From: Longimicrobiales bacterium
GTDB taxonomy: Bacteria > Gemmatimonadota > Gemmatimonadetes > Longimicrobiales > Gaopeijiaceae
Assembly (NCBI GenBank): GCA_965219445.1
Contig: CBDCNQ010000005.1
Span: 512,001-576,000 of the forward strand
DNA: 64,000 nucleotides
Direction: 5' to 3'
The translations under genes and the position numbers were made by a program. Below, one piece after another: positions 49,416-60,263 of this stretch (its first letter is position 1; each line of letters begins with the position of its first letter). Below the pieces are notes generated by a model that saw only the letters and a list, made by a program, of their open reading frames with translations, was not told the DNA's origin and ran no database searches.

Positions 49416-50203
49416 GGGGTCGTCCCGACGGATATTGACATGCCACGCGTCGGTGCGGTCCGACCACTACGCGGCCAGCGCTTTGGGATCAACATTGCCT
49501 AGTTTTCCACGGTGAGCCTGCAGGGCTGTTCGGAGCGCAGACTTTGCTCGTGTGTTCTCGGCGAGTTCCCCATTGATTTGGCCGACGAGACCTCTAGTGG
49601 CCTCTCCTAGTCCGCGTCCCCTCAACCGACCCCAGCAGCTGCCTGCCGCCATATGTCCTTCGTGTGGCGCGCGACTCAGGACGCACCGGCAAGAGGGACG
49701 GGGGGCGAGCCCCCCGCCCGCGAACTCCGCTGGAGCGCGGGCATCCGGGGGATCGAAGGGGGGCGGAGCCACCCCTTGCCAGCCCCTGCCGGGGACGCGC
49801 GAAGCGTGGCCCCAAAGGCTAGGCTGGCTCTTGCACCGTAAGGTGCTCCGAGCCAGCCCGGCGGACGCCGCCGAAGCAGCGGGGAAGGGCTTCGGCTGTG
49901 ACCCGTCCAGATAGGCCTGCCCAAGCTATCTGCCGCAGTAACGCGGCTGCGGACTGCCGCAGACCCGGAACACGGCACTCCGGTTCGAAGATTCCCAGCA
50001 TCGTTCGTGCGCAGGCCGACGTCCGGTCGAGATCCGCACCCATTGACGGAGCCTTCGGCGAAGGCCGACGGGGCGTTTGGCAAGCCGCTGGCGGCGGTGT
50101 CCAACAGCCCCTGTACCGTACTGAACGTCTCTGAACGCCACAGGCATTTAGGAGGTTTTCTACGGGTTGACTTCCTTGCAAACGGCTCCTCACCGTTAGG
50201 GGC

Positions 50204-51178
50204 ATGAAGACGCTGAAGCAGCAGTTCAACTCGGCGGCGAGCGGAGCCATCGTCCACCTGCGGGGACGCGAACGGGCACTCGAGGGATTTGGCTGGGCGG
50301 GCCGTCAGGCCGAGTGGATCGCCTTGGCCTGTCTCCATGGCGGCGTGTTCACTCGGGCTCAGTGGACGAGCTTTCTGGGTTGCCACCACGAAAAGGTGCG
50401 CCGCGCCGTCCGCGTCCTCGTCGCGCAGGGCGTGGCCGTCGAAGAGGATCCGCCCGGCATCGACGGCATCGGTCGAGTGTGCCGAATCCACGCGCGCCGG
50501 ATCTACCGGGCGCTCGGCGCCGGGAACCGCCGCCGCCGCCGGATCACCTCCACGGAAGTGCTGATGCGGCGCCTGCTCTCGCTCGACTATGTGCTTGATC
50601 ATTCCCGCCTGCCTTGGCTCGCGACCGAGCCGGAGAAGGTGGCCGCCTTCGAGGCGCTCGGCATCGAGCGCCCGCTCCTGCCCCAACGGGTCTACCGGGG
50701 AGCGGCCGGGAACCTCCGGCGCTACTTCCCGCTCCGGCTGCCGGTCGCGCTGGACGCCCGGCGCGCCGTTTTCGTCTACCTCGATCCGGGCCACGAGACA
50801 GCGACGGCACTCCGCTCCTGGGGCGCGGCGCACCGCGAACTCTGGAAGGCGCTCTGGGATCGCGGCCGATCCGTCGAGGTCGTGGCCATCGTCCGGACAC
50901 CGGAGGAGGACAGCCGGGCGGAGACCGTGCTCGCCAACTGGGCGCGCGATCCCCGCCCCTCCGAATTCGACCACGGGATCGGCCGCGAGATCGACCTTAT
51001 CGACCAGGCCATCATCAAGGGGGATGTCCCGGTCCTGATGGAGTACGGAGGCTTGCAGGCCGCGATGAAGCGCAGCGTCGCGCTGACGAAGCGGGCGCGC
51101 AGGCAGGCAGGGCGGGGGCTGATGCAACGCACCGACACCTGGCGGACGGTTCGGCTTGCGGGGGCACGCTTCCGATGA
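50204..51178 (+). CDS. Conserved hypothetical protein of a mobile element (324 aa)
   Basis: High GC3 coding pattern; paralogous copies at 59514-60263 and 54114-54220 support this frame. Confidence 0.8.
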   Translation: MKTLKQQFNSAASGAIVHLRGRERALEGFGWAGRQAEWIALACLHGGVFTRAQWTSFLGCHHEKVRRAVRVLVAQGVAVEEDPPGIDGIGRVCRIHARRIYRALGAGNRRRRRITSTEVLMRRLLSLDYVLDHSRLPWLATEPEKVAAFEALGIERPLLPQRVYRGAAGNLRRYFPLRLPVALDARRAVFVYLDPGHETATALRSWGAAHRELWKALWDRGRSVEVVAIVRTPEEDSRAETVLANWARDPRPSEFDHGIGREIDLIDQAIIKGDVPVLMEYGGLQAAMKRSVALTKRARRQAGRGLMQRTDTWRTVRLAGARFR

Positions 51179-51494
51179 GAAGCCCACGCCTTGTGCCGTA
51201 CTGGAGCGTGCATGAGACGTTGGGGGTCGATGCACACAATGCACCCCTGAAGATGCGCAGACGCCGGATTCACCTATCCCGTGCGGGCGCTTGGAGTTGC
51301 GGTCGCTGCCACCCGGTCGCCGGTGCCGCACTGGGCAGCACGGACGTGGAGGGGAGCGACCCCCCCTTCGGGATGCCTGGTACGGCATCGGGGAGGGTGG
51401 ACATGTGCACGCACCTGCCACCCTCCCCGGCGGGGTCGCTCCCGTCCAGATATCCCTCCGGGAAGGGTTTTCAACGCCGCTGCCAGGCGGCGGA

Positions 51495-52877
51495 TCACCC
51501 AGTTCGCCGACCGTCCAGCCGGTGTGTCGGCGCTACCGCGAAGGACCCGGGCGGGGAGCTGGGGACAGGGCCGACCGTGGGAGGCACGGCTCCAGCTACC
51601 GGGAACGGCGGGCCGTGAGTTGGTGTTCCGGGATCCCCGGCGACGTTGGTATTTCGGAAAGCCCCGGTTCCGTGAGTCGCCTCGATCTCTTCCCCGGCCC
51701 TGAGCCGGTCCAGATAGTCGGCCCAGGCCTGCATCATGTGTCTACGCTCGGGCAGGAACGCCGTGCGGTTGTAGGCCCGGCCGTTGGGGTCCCTGACCCG
51801 GTGGGCCAGCTGGTGCTCGATGAAGTCGGGCCGGAAGCCCAGCACCTCGTCCAAGATGGTGCGCGCCATCGCCCGGAAGCCATGCGGCGTCATCCGGTCC
51901 GTCGGGATGTCCAAGGCCCGGAACGCCCCCCAAAAGGTGGTGTTGCTCATCGTCCGGTCGCGTTGCCGATAGCGCGCATTCGGGAACACGTAGCGGTGGT
52001 GCCCCGTCACGGGATGCAACTCGCGAAGGATCTCGACCGCCTGACGCGCCAGTGGGACCACATGCGGCGTGTCGGTCTTGGTCGCCGTGTAGCGCCACTC
52101 GGCTCCATCGAGGTCGATGTCGGCCCATTCGGCCTTGCGCAACTCGCCGGGCCGCACGAAGAGCAGCGGCACCAGACGCAGCGCGCACCGCACCGGCAGC
52201 GTGCCCGGGTAGCCGTCCAGGAGCCGGAGAAGCGGGCCGACCTCCTTCGGGTCGGTGATCGCCGGGAAGTGCTTCCGCTTCACCGGAGGGAAGGCTCCGC
52301 GCAGGTCCCCCGACACGTCCCGCTCCGCTCGGCCCGTTGCCACCGCATAGCGCAGCACCCGCCCACAGACCTGAAGCGTGCGATGCGCCGTGTCCAGGGT
52401 GCCGCGGGCTTCGATGCGGCGCAGCGCGGCCAGCAGCTCCGGTGCCGTGAGCTCCGCGACCGGCTTCTCTCCGATCCGAGGGAAGATGTCCCTACCCAGA
52501 TCGCGCTCGAGTCGCCGAGCGTAGCTCGCGCACCAGTTCGGCGAGTGCTTGGCGAGCCATTCAGCGGCCACGGCCTCAAAGCTGTTTCTGGCCCATTGCC
52601 GCTTCGACTGCTTCTGCGCCTTCCGGTAGGCGCTCGGGTCGATGTCCCGGGCCAGCAGCTTGCGGGAATCGTCGCGCCGCTCGCGGGCGAGCTTCAGCGA
52701 GACCTCGGGATAGATGCCCATCGAGATCCGCTTCTCCTTGTCGGCGAAACGGTACTTGAAGCGCCAGGCCTTGGTGCCGCGCGGGGCGATCTCGAGGTAC
52801 AGGCCGCGGCTGTCGTAGAGCTTGCGCGGCTTGTCGCGGGGCTTGGCCTTTCGGATGGCGGTGTCGGTCAGCGGCAT
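51495..52877 (-). CDS. P4-like tyrosine integrase with arm-binding domain
   Basis: MPLTDTAIRKAKP..LYDSRGLYL, VRPGELR, HGFRAMART, QLAH..AYNR; TGCCCCA direct repeats upstream (52907-52926). Confidence 0.93.
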   Translation of the reverse strand: MPLTDTAIRKAKPRDKPRKLYDSRGLYLEIAPRGTKAWRFKYRFADKEKRISMGIYPEVSLKLARERRDDSRKLLARDIDPSAYRKAQKQSKRQWARNSFEAVAAEWLAKHSPNWCASYARRLERDLGRDIFPRIGEKPVAELTAPELLAALRRIEARGTLDTAHRTLQVCGRVLRYAVATGRAERDVSGDLRGAFPPVKRKHFPAITDPKEVGPLLRLLDGYPGTLPVRCALRLVPLLFVRPGELRKAEWADIDLDGAEWRYTATKTDTPHVVPLARQAVEILRELHPVTGHHRYVFPNARYRQRDRTMSNTTFWGAFRALDIPTDRMTPHGFRAMARTILDEVLGFRPDFIEHQLAHRVRDPNGRAYNRTAFLPERRHMMQAWADYLDRLRAGEEIEATHGTGAFRNTNVAGDPGTPTHGPPFPVAGAVPPTVGPVPSSPPGSFAVAPTHRLDGRRTG

Positions 52878-53035
52878 GTCGGGGCACCGATTGAAGTTTC
52901 AGGAATCTGCCCCAAAACATGCCCCATAAATGACGTGGCTGTCAAGGGGTGGCACTGGACGTTCCGGAGTATGGTAAATCTCCCAACTCATTATATATCA
53001 ATGTTTATGTGTACACTAAGGAGCATTACTGCACG

Positions 53036-53812
53036 TCAATGGATGCGCCGGTACAGTTCGCTGATCCAGCGCACGAGATTCGTATAGGCTTGCTGCCAGA
53101 ACGGTTCTCGGCTCTTGCCGAAGAGCTGGTTGATGAGGGAGGCGACGCCGTAGGCGAGCGAGTAGGAGTCGAGCAGCGGATCGTCGAGCGGGTTCCACTG
53201 CAACGAGCCGTCGAGCCCGATCTCGAGGTAGTCGCCGCCGCGCCCGGCGTCGTCGAGGATGCGGCGCACGCTGTAGCAGAAGTCGCCCTTGACCTCGAGC
53301 ACCAGGGCACTGGCCCGGCGCCCGGCCCGGTCGGCTTGCCACGAGAGGAGCTGCTGGGCGAACGGGTACATGCAGGCGGTGGTCTTGCCGGAGCCGACGG
53401 CGCCGACGACGAGCACGCCCGTATACAGCCCCGTCTCGGGAACGACGAGCCAGGAGGGCCGCTCGCTCTCGCGCGGAACGACGGGATGGTGGAGCTCGCC
53501 GATCACGAGCGAGGGTGCGTCGTCCTCGGGCGAGGTGGGCCAGGCGGGCAGCCCGCCCCGGCCGCCGCCCCTTGCACGCGGCTGAAGCCACACCCTCCAG
53601 ACCGAGAGGCACACGCTCCCGGCGAGCACGACGGCGACGGCCGGGGCCGCGTAGTACCAGACGCGGATCACCGTGTGGAAGCCCGGATCATGGTAGGCGA
53701 TGAGGTCGAGCACGGGATTGCCGCCGCTGGCGGGAAAGGGCGCCCACAAGGCGTGGGCGATCGCGGCCGCCGAAGCGAGGCCCATGAGGACGAGCGTCGC
53801 CGGCCTCAGCAT
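53036..53812 (-). pseudogene. VirD4/TraG-like type IV coupling protein, N-terminal fragment
   Basis: Two TM segments, LVVGAVGSGKT, LVLEVKGDF, WNPL, EPFW; cut at the integrase leader. Confidence 0.8.
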
Positions 53813-54292
53813 CGCTGTGACAACCTTCCCGTAGGGATGGATGGACCAGGGAGCGACCCGCCGAGGGCGGGGGCAGGGCGTGTGAGAACACGACCGGCCC
53901 CACGCCCGCACCAGGGCGTCTCTGAGGGGGGTCGCTCCCTTCCCGGTCGGTGCTGCCCCGTTCGGGGCAGCCGGCCGCGCCGCGCCGTGCGCAACTGCAA
54001 GCAGGCACAAGGGATAGCAAGCCATGACCGTGTGAATCGCGACCGGGGCCATGTGTGCATCGACCCCTGACGTGTCTTGCACATCGTAGTCCTGGCGTGG
54101 CGCGTCGGCTTCCTCATCGGAACCGCGCCCGCGCGAGCCGGGCCGACTGCCAAGTGGTGGTGCGGTGGATCAGCCCCCGGCCTGCCTGCCTGCGAGCCCG
54201 CTCCTTCAGCGCGATCATTAGCCTGAGTCCGCCCTGGTTCCTGAGGATGCCCGTCCTTCACGGCCCTCCACAGGTGCTGGGACTAACATAGG

Positions 54293-54595
54293 ATGTGGTA
54301 CCGCTCTTGGGGGCAGGTCACCCCCGCGCTATGGGGCCGCATCGTCGAGCGTACTTACACATCGGCGGAACGCATGGCCATGTCAGACGCCATTTCCGCC
54401 CTCGGTAATACTACCTTCGACATTATTTATCTGAACGGTGAGGCCTTCTGGCGTAACATCCCCGCCGCCGTCTGGCGCTACAGGCTCGGAGGCTACCAGG
54501 TGCTCAAGAAGTGGCTCTCCTACCGGGAACGTGAGGTCCTCGGGCGGAAGCTTAAGGCCGAAGAAGTTCAGCATTTCACCGATACGGCACGATGA
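54293..54595 (+). pseudogene. Type ISP restriction-modification enzyme C-terminal remnant
   Basis: NIPAAVWRYRLGGYQVLKKWLSYRE is typical of the Type ISP C-terminus. Confidence 0.75.
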
Positions 54596-54692
54596 ATCGG
54601 CGCAATGCTGTTAGCGCTAGGGTAGGAGGTCTTGTACGAGCTGTTAGGCCGTAATCTCTAACCCTTCCAAACGTACTCACTATATTCCGATA

Positions 54693-57600
54693 CTACTGCT
54701 TTCCGATTTGCAAGATAGCCGCCTCTACTCGTGCAAGGGTGTCCGCCCAGGTTTCTTTGAGGGGTGCGGCAGTGAGATGAGGCTGGATCGCGCTGAAGCG
54801 TTCGTGTACCAGCACGCGCGAAAGGCGTTCGTTACGAAGGTGTTGGTTAAGCGCAGCTTTCTCGTGGGTATCGAAGCCGTGCCTCACACAATGCGCTAGC
54901 TCGGCGAGCTGCGGCGGGACAACACCAGCCTCGCTTCCGTCCGGCGATGCGGCATGTTGTTTCAGGAGGGCGGGCAAGCTGAACGCATAAGCAAGACTGG
55001 GAACAATTCTTATGATGAATTTCCGTGCGCCATCGCAAGTCTTGAGCTTCGTCGGCTCCACGCCGAGTGCGATTTCAAGCTCTCGAAGCGGACGCCCATT
55101 CATCCAGAGGCGAGTAAGTTGTTTCAATCTCGGTACAGCGTAGTTAATCCGCTCTTCACGCTTCTCCATCTGGTTGAACGGCTTTCCAAACAAACTGTCG
55201 AGATCCTCGTGACGAATTACTTGATCGAGAAGATTCGGGACGTCGGCCAGCCAAGCGAAGCAGCAGCGCCCCCATTCGGTGACTGAGGCATCTGCCGAGG
55301 GACCGGCGGAGGCGAGACGTTGGGCAAGGCTGTTAACGACATCCAACGAGAGACCGACTGTGGCCGCGATTCCGCGGTAAGTTGCCTCATCGTCGGTCTC
55401 GGTTACATGGTGCCCCAGGAGCTCCGTCGCCGCCTCGATTCGCGATTCGAGCCAGGCATGTTCTTCACGCTGGCGAGCTCGAAACCCGGCGAGTGACCGC
55501 TTGACGGACCATGAGAGGCGTTCGGCGGATTCGTCGATTGCCCCGCCGCCAGCCATCTTGGCAACGCAGTACCGCTCCAACACGCCTGCATCGGCCAGAT
55601 TCGCGTGAACGTGATCGAGCACGGCGGTCAGTGGATCGTCAATTTCGACGCATTGGTCGGACTGCCCAAATATCTGATGCAGATTTTCCCAGTGCGACCC
55701 AATCGTCGCATCATCGTAGTTAAATCCCACAATCTTGCCGGGAACGACGAGGACGATGCCGTTCGCGTTGTGGCCGGCCCGACCCGCGCGGCCGGCGGCG
55801 TTGAGAAGTTCCTGGGCCTTGAGGATTTCGCGTCGCTCCGTATCCTGGTCGAACCTACTGTCCTCTGCGATGATGACAAGCTCGCTCGGCAGATTCATCC
55901 CTTGGGCTACGGTTGACGTTGCGGTTAGGACGTCAATGCCATCCGCACGCTCGTAGAGCGCTTCGACGAGTCGGCGTTCCTCGGGCAGTAGCAACCCATG
56001 ATGAACGGCCGCGCGTGCCGCGACGCGATTCTTACTTACGCCGAGATAGAGATGTGCAGCCCCGCCCAGTTCTCGGCATGCAGTATGGTAAAGTCTTCGT
56101 TCTTCATCCGAGAGAGCAATATTCGTGGAACCGAGAAGCGCGGAGATCTTGTTCGCGGCGCTGTTGGCGTTTCGGATAGTCTGAAAAAAGACCAGCGTCT
56201 TGATGCCGGATTTTGCGGCCGCCCCAGCGATCGCTGAAGACACCACGCCGGAATTCGGGGTCAATTTCCAGAACGAGTTGATACCGAGCAGCGGTTTTTC
56301 CTCAAGGAGCGGCAAGAAAGCATAGTCGTTCCGTTCCCTCGTGGCCCAGGTCTGCTTCAGGCTGAACAACCCGAACGGCTGCGCCGGCACCGCTCGTTTG
56401 GCCGACTGCGGGATGGTCTTGGTCCGGGCACCTTTCCGGAGGCGGTGGAGCGTGGAGCGCAGATTGGCGACCTCCTGGTCCTGATAGACGACGCTGCCTC
56501 GCAATTGCCGGGTAGGCTTCCAGGACAGGGATAGGGATAGGCATCTGCGTTCTGTCAAATCCTCGATCCACTCGGCGATCTCTTCGCTGTTCTTCATCAT
56601 TGCCGAGAGCAACAGGAAGTCGGCTTCTGGTGCGAGTCGAGCGAAATTCAGCATGCAGAGCATCGCATCCAGCGCCCGGCGGTCTGATGGAGCTTCGTTT
56701 GGATGCAGGAGGTGACATTCATCAAACACTAGGAGGCCGGCCTCGGCGAGGATCGAAGCATCGAAGCTCATTCGTGCCAGGCAGGCTTCAGGTGTCATGA
56801 CAAGAATGTCCGGCGGTTTGTCCTCGACCGATGGAAAACCGGTTTGGTAGAGAAACTCGATCCGTACGTTTGCCGCCGGGAAAGCGTGCGCGAGTGAGTT
56901 TCTGGTCTGGTCTACAAGGGCATGCGTCGGGGCCAGAAAGACCACCGACCGGTGGGATAAAAGCGTTGTGCCGATCTTCAACTCAGCAAGAGTCGATTTT
57001 CCTGCCCCCGTAGGAAAACCGACGGCCGCGGATACTCCAGGGTCAAGATAGCCGCTATCAATCGCTTCGCGGTGATTACGCCAAAGAACCGGCCGCCTTC
57101 GTGCGACCCGCTCAACGTATGCCTGCCACTGGTTGGGATCGACTCCACCCGGCGCTGGAAGTGCCACCACGGCGCCACGCGACATATCGCCGGCAACAGC
57201 GAGAAGTAGGGACGCCAGATGACTGGGGCCGGGAAAAACACTCACCGGTCCATGACCCAAGCCGCCGGCATCGAAATCGACATCATAGGTGCAGAGGGAT
57301 CTGACCTTCTCGAAAATCTCAAGCGGATTCCCGCCCGAAGCCGGTGCCTGTGACCGAAGCATTTGAAGCGCGAGCGCCCGTACACCCTCAAGGATGGTAA
57401 AAAATAGGGCTGAGACAGCAGTGTCAGCCGCCGCGCCGCGCTGTCGCACCGTAGTCCTTGGCGGCAGATCAGTCTCCACTGCCATGTCTGGACGGCCCTG
57501 AGCGAGAGCCCGCAGGGCCGCGATCAGAGCGTGTTCTACAGGGTTGTCCGTCTCCGATTCAACCTGAAGCGCCATTTCTAAGGCGTCTGCCGAAGCTTCG

Positions 57601-57983
57601 GCGACGAGAAACAGCAGCATCGCGGCTATGTCCGGCGATACGCTTCGCGCATCCAGATACGATCGTTGGGCCTCCGGCGCGCGAATGCGTTCGGCGTTGA
57701 AGACAAGTTGGTGCGCTGTCGCCGCCACGAACGCCGCCGCCGCGCGATTATGTCGATCCGGGGACACGGATACCAGCGCTTCGTTGGTGAACGCGAGGCG
57801 GCGAGCCCTGGCAACCAGCTCCGCAAGCTCCCTGTTATCGACGAATTCACCGGCCCGCAATCGCAATCGCGCCGTGACGATTTGCGCGTAGAACTCGGAC
57901 AACTGGTCGGGCAAGCTAGCCCTGTCGAGTCCCTCAAGAGGTGGCGTCCTCCGGATAAGCTCGGCTGTTGACGGGTCAAACAT
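54693..57983 (-). CDS. SF2 Ski2-like DEAD/DEAH helicase (HamB-like)
   Basis: 1096 aa; PTGAGKS, DECH, LSAM, HHGLL, ATSTVAQGMNLP, AGRAGRAG. Confidence 0.9.
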   Translation of the reverse strand: MFDPSTAELIRRTPPLEGLDRASLPDQLSEFYAQIVTARLRLRAGEFVDNRELAELVARARRLAFTNEALVSVSPDRHNRAAAAFVAATAHQLVFNAERIRAPEAQRSYLDARSVSPDIAAMLLFLVAEASADALEMALQVESETDNPVEHALIAALRALAQGRPDMAVETDLPPRTTVRQRGAAADTAVSALFFTILEGVRALALQMLRSQAPASGGNPLEIFEKVRSLCTYDVDFDAGGLGHGPVSVFPGPSHLASLLLAVAGDMSRGAVVALPAPGGVDPNQWQAYVERVARRRPVLWRNHREAIDSGYLDPGVSAAVGFPTGAGKSTLAELKIGTTLLSHRSVVFLAPTHALVDQTRNSLAHAFPAANVRIEFLYQTGFPSVEDKPPDILVMTPEACLARMSFDASILAEAGLLVFDECHLLHPNEAPSDRRALDAMLCMLNFARLAPEADFLLLSAMMKNSEEIAEWIEDLTERRCLSLSLSWKPTRQLRGSVVYQDQEVANLRSTLHRLRKGARTKTIPQSAKRAVPAQPFGLFSLKQTWATRERNDYAFLPLLEEKPLLGINSFWKLTPNSGVVSSAIAGAAAKSGIKTLVFFQTIRNANSAANKISALLGSTNIALSDEERRLYHTACRELGGAAHLYLGVSKNRVAARAAVHHGLLLPEERRLVEALYERADGIDVLTATSTVAQGMNLPSELVIIAEDSRFDQDTERREILKAQELLNAAGRAGRAGHNANGIVLVVPGKIVGFNYDDATIGSHWENLHQIFGQSDQCVEIDDPLTAVLDHVHANLADAGVLERYCVAKMAGGGAIDESAERLSWSVKRSLAGFRARQREEHAWLESRIEAATELLGHHVTETDDEATYRGIAATVGLSLDVVNSLAQRLASAGPSADASVTEWGRCCFAWLADVPNLLDQVIRHEDLDSLFGKPFNQMEKREERINYAVPRLKQLTRLWMNGRPLRELEIALGVEPTKLKTCDGARKFIIRIVPSLAYAFSLPALLKQHAASPDGSEAGVVPPQLAELAHCVRHGFDTHEKAALNQHLRNERLSRVLVHERFSAIQPHLTAAPLKETWADTLARVEAAILQIGKQ

Positions 57984-58767
57984 CGGCGTCCACCATCTGC
58001 GCCGTTGCTTTCAGTGCCTTTTTCGCTATGCGTGTCATCCAGGAACGCAAATCGTCGAGATGAAGGGTCTCTGCGCGTCGGCGCGAGACACTGCCGGAAA
58101 CAACGTTGGAGTAGCCCCTGAAGAGACGCTTGCGGCCATGCATATCGCTGTAACGGTCATCGACGGTTATCGCAACGCGGAACGCCCGCGCTTGGTTCCA
58201 AAGAATTTCCTGAACCGCCTGATCGGGATCGAGCTCGGGTCTAGTCCCCAAAAGCGTACTGACCTTTGCCGTCAGGAGATTGTCGTGGGTTCCAGTCTCC
58301 AAGGCGGCAAACTCCTTCCAGACTTGGTCGCGGATCGTGTTTCTCGGGTTGATGGTGGCTTTCTCCTCGCAGATAACGACAGATTGGACTGTTTGCGTCT
58401 CTTGGTCGATGTGCACATGAAGTCCGTCAAATCCTTTCTCCGCATGCTGCATATGAGGCGGCGCGATCAGGGAGGTCTCGTTTTGAATGCGTGCGGCGAT
58501 CCAGGCGATGACCTGAAACAACCAGCCATCGCGGTGATAGGGATCCGTGCCTTGCGGCACCGAGAGAAGCTGGCGAGCTCCCTCCAGCGCCGTCGGTGCC
58601 GGCACAGCCTCAGTGAAATCGGTTGCGGCGAGGACCAGCTCTACATGACGGTATTGGCCGAGTGCAATGCGTGCCACAAGCTCGGCGAGTTCGTCGTCGT
58701 TGTCTATCGACCAATCATGGCCGGCCCACTGCTTGCCGTTCCTGATCGGTGTAAAGGAGATCGGCAT
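57976..58767 (-). CDS. PD-(D/E)xK nuclease-like protein (HamA/DUF1837-like)
   Basis: 263 aa from ATG 58767; KGFDGLH...ICEEKAT; overlaps the helicase start. Confidence 0.75.
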   Translation of the reverse strand: MPISFTPIRNGKQWAGHDWSIDNDDELAELVARIALGQYRHVELVLAATDFTEAVPAPTALEGARQLLSVPQGTDPYHRDGWLFQVIAWIAARIQNETSLIAPPHMQHAEKGFDGLHVHIDQETQTVQSVVICEEKATINPRNTIRDQVWKEFAALETGTHDNLLTAKVSTLLGTRPELDPDQAVQEILWNQARAFRVAITVDDRYSDMHGRKRLFRGYSNVVSGSVSRRRAETLHLDDLRSWMTRIAKKALKATAQMVDADV

Positions 58768-59388
58768 TTCACTGGCTCCCCGCAACGAGCTGTCCGTCCC
58801 CTGAAGACACCTTGACGGGATGCGCCTTTTCGATACCGCAGCAGGGCGGATAATAACCGGGACGTTCGGAGTCGTCGGATCGGTATAGTATTCGATAGGC
58901 CATTCCGAAACGTCGCGTTCTCCACGGACGCTTTTCTGTCTGCAAGTCGATGCGATCGATTTGGCGAGCCCCGTCGGATGAGATCTCGTCGAATTTGACC
59001 GGAAATCCCGGCTTGATCGGCGTGGGTTCACGAGATGGATTCCAGTCACCGATGCTGGTCCTTTGAAAGGACTTTGCCGGGCGTCTCGGAGTCGGAGCGT
59101 AGGGCTTGTGGTGAATCCGGCGCGCGGCCGAGCAGCGAATCCTAAAGCTCGTGCGTGGACTTGACGAGTTCTTCGAGTGCTTTCCCATGTCCCTCGTCGA
59201 TCATGTCGTCGCGCATTCTCGTCGCAAGCATGTAGGTGTAGCGGAAGGTGTTGATTCCGAGGCATGCCGTCCACCGATTCCGACGGATGCCTTCCACCCT
59301 AGAGTGACGAGTAGCGGCGTTCGGGAACCTTCGGTAGCGACCCACTCTTCCATCCTCGCAGAGGTCCCTTGAGGAGAGGAGGAAGAAG

Positions 59389-59490
59389 GTGTCGCAGAAA
59401 AGGTTGTCCATGCGGAGCATTCGAGAAGTGCCGCGCCTGGAGTACGAGCTCGGGCGCAGCCACCGGGAGATCGCCGAGGCGCTCGCGGCG
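59389..59490 (+). pseudogene. IS21 istA N-terminal remnant
   Basis: MSQKRLSMRSIREV.RL.YELGRSHREIA; strong RBS upstream. Confidence 0.65.
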
Positions 59491-59513
59491 TCCATACCCT
59501 CGTTGCACAGAGC

Positions 59514-60263
59514 GTGGCCACCGAAGAGACCGTGCCTGGCATCGCCAGCGTCGACCGCGTGTGCCGGATCCACGGGCGCCGGATCTACTGGGCGCTCGGC
59601 GTGGGGGACATCCGCCGACGCCGGATCACGTCGAGAGAAGTGCTCATGCGCCGCCTCCTCTCGTTGGATTACGTGCTCGCGCATCCCCAACTGCCATGGC
59701 TCCCGACCGAGCCTGAGAAGGTCCGGGCCGTCGAGGCACTCGGCATCGAACGCCGATTCCTGCCCTAGCGAGTCTATCGGGGAGCAGCCGGGTACCTCCG
59801 GCGCTACTTCCCACTAAGGCTGCCGGTCGCGCTGGACGCCGAACGCGCCGTCTTCGTCTACGCCGATCCGGGCCACGAAACCGCGGCGGCGCTCCGCTCC
59901 TGGGGCGCAGCACACCGCGAGCTATGGAAGGCGCTGTGGGATCGCGGTGTAAGGATCGAAGTCGTCCCTGCCGCCCGGACTTGGCAGGAGCGGAGCCGGG
60001 CGGAGACGGTGCTCGCCAACTGGGCGCGAGACCCCCGCCCTTCCGAGTTCGACGCGGAGATCAGCCTCGAGATCGACCGGATCAAGCAGGCCGTCCTCAA
60101 GGGGAATGACCTGTGGATCAAGGAGGTGTGCGGCGATCTACAGGGCGCACTCAGGCGAATGGTGGCGCTCGAGAAGCGCGCTCGCAGACAGGCTGGGCGG
60201 GGGCTGATGCACCGCACCGACACATGGCGGACGGTCCGGCTCGTGGGGGCGCGATTCCGATGA
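59514..60263 (+). pseudogene. Truncated paralogue of 50204-51178 with an internal stop
   Basis: RRRRITSREVLMRRLLSLDYVL..., TAG at 59766, ends TWRTVRLVGARFR*. Confidence 0.85.

Noticed and set aside
49676..53087. Long ORFs 49676-51421 (-) and 51291-53087 (+)
   Set aside because: They are antisense to the better-supported 50204 gene and the integrase.
58768..59274. N-terminal extension of the 432-aa ORF upstream of the helicase
   Set aside because: The extension is Arg/Ser-rich and not protein-like; the recognisable domain starts at ATG 58767.
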